A stretch of DNA of 25,659 nt, taken from the NCBI GenBank assembly GCA_964383835.1, contig CAYLIT010000001.1, positions 1-25,659 of the forward strand, given 5' to 3'. The notes below the pieces were generated by a model. That model saw only the letters and a program-made list of their open reading frames with translations, had not been told where the DNA came from and did no database searches. Every line of letters starts with the position of its first letter. The first letter of the stretch is position 1. This DNA comes from an uncultured Eubacteriales bacterium (GTDB taxonomy: Bacteria > Bacillota > Clostridia > Oscillospirales > QAKW01). This document shows positions 24,733 through 25,659 of this stretch, one piece after another. The position numbers were made by a program, and so were the translations under genes.

Positions 24733-25493
24733 ATGATTTTGTGAATGAAATTCAAAACCGATTAAATAGGGACTGCTTTGTAACGGCAGTCCCGGTGATT
24801 GATTCCACCAACCGTGCTTTGAAGGAGCAGGCCGCCGAGGGAGCCCCGGAGGGAACCGTTTTGCTGGCGGACCGTCAAACTGCCGGGCGGGGAAGAATGG
24901 GGCGTAGCTTTTACTCTCCCGCCGGGTGTGGGCTGTATTTTTCGGTGTTGTTGCGCCCCAAGGCCGCCGATCCCCTTAAAATCACCGTTGTCGCCGGGGT
25001 TGCAGTGGCACAAGCGGTCAAGCGGGTCTTCGGCATCGAGCTGAAGATCAAATGGGTCAACGACCTATATCTGGGGGATCGTAAGGTCTGCGGTATCCTG
25101 GCCGAGGGCGCCGCAAACGAAAATGGGCTTGAGTGGTGTGTTTTGGGGATCGGGCTGAACGTTTATACCCCCGACGAAGGCTTTGGCGAACTGAAAAATA
25201 TTGCGGGTGCATTGCTGGAACAGGAGCCTTGCGACCGTCGGGCAGAGCTGGCCGCAGAGATCCTTCATTGCTTCTTTGAACTTTATCAAGACCTCGGTGA
25301 TCCCGGAATATTAGAGGAATACCGCCGCCGCTCTTACCTGCAGGACAAGACCGTCACAGCCCATCGGGGAGACGAGGTTTTCGAGGGGAAGGTGATCGGC
25401 ATCGGCGACGGCGCAGAACTGCTGTTGCAACGTCGGGACGGTACGATCGTACCGTTATCCTCCGGCGAAGTGCGGCTGGAAAACTACCGCTGA
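24729..25493 (+). CDS. birA: Biotin--[acetyl-CoA-carboxylase] ligase without N-terminal HTH
   Basis: IDSTN, QTAGRGRMGRSFYSP, IKWVND, KVCGILAE, GIGLNV, SSGEV; only 254 aa. Confidence 0.93.
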   Translation: MNDFVNEIQNRLNRDCFVTAVPVIDSTNRALKEQAAEGAPEGTVLLADRQTAGRGRMGRSFYSPAGCGLYFSVLLRPKAADPLKITVVAGVAVAQAVKRVFGIELKIKWVNDLYLGDRKVCGILAEGAANENGLEWCVLGIGLNVYTPDEGFGELKNIAGALLEQEPCDRRAELAAEILHCFFELYQDLGDPGILEEYRRRSYLQDKTVTAHRGDEVFEGKVIGIGDGAELLLQRRDGTIVPLSSGEVRLENYR

Positions 25494-25535
25494 ATCAATT
25501 TTTAAAAGAAAAAACAAAATTTTTAAAATTATATA

Positions 25536-25564
25536 TTGACAAAACGCCTTCAAGTGATTATACT
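25536..25564 (+). promoter_or_regulatory. Sigma-A promoter of tRNA-Thr
   Basis: TTGACA (25536-25541), 17 bp, TATACT (25559-25564); AT-rich UP-like region upstream. Confidence 0.8.
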
Positions 25565-25611
25565 ATTTAAGGTAACGACGTGAGTCGCTATCGACGAACG
25601 ACGGCGTTCAT

Positions 25612-25659
25612 GCTGGCGTAGCTCAATAGGCAGAGCAGCTGATTTGTAATCAGCAGGTT
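25612..25659 (+). tRNA. tRNA-Thr(TGT), truncated by window edge
   Basis: GCTGGCGTAGCTCAATAGGCAGAGCAGCTGATT-TGT-AATCAGCAGGTT gives acceptor 5' strand, D arm and anticodon arm. Confidence 0.92.

Overview
Chromosomal window from a GC-rich Firmicute, with gene order and sigma-A promoters that look Clostridia-like. From left to right it holds: (1) the end of the ribosomal alpha operon (rpsD 3' part, rpoA, rplQ); (2) an array of exonuclease-endonuclease-phosphatase (EEP) paralogs, made of one exported EEP on an acidic stalk, two cytoplasmic 'active EEP + degenerate EEP' proteins and a 22-codon relic of a further copy; (3) addB-addA and prs; (4) a minus-strand four-gene envelope operon of unknown function and a DUF378 gene; (5) an operon of a twin-PLAT membrane protein, a lipoprotein and mntP; (6) a hairpin-rich element and tRNA-Arg(ACG); (7) an AraC regulator divergent from a glycerol-dehydrogenase-like gene and eda; (8) an internally deleted MFS pseudogene coupled to birA; and (9) the start of tRNA-Thr(TGT). 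The most unusual parts are the EEP array, its 328-bp spacer (11-bp flanking direct repeat, 22-bp tandem repeats, helically phased T-tracts), the PLAT-lipoprotein-mntP operon and the envelope operon with a candidate ECF promoter. I saw no transposase, integrase, phage gene or CRISPR array. All family calls come from motif recognition by eye; no searches were run.
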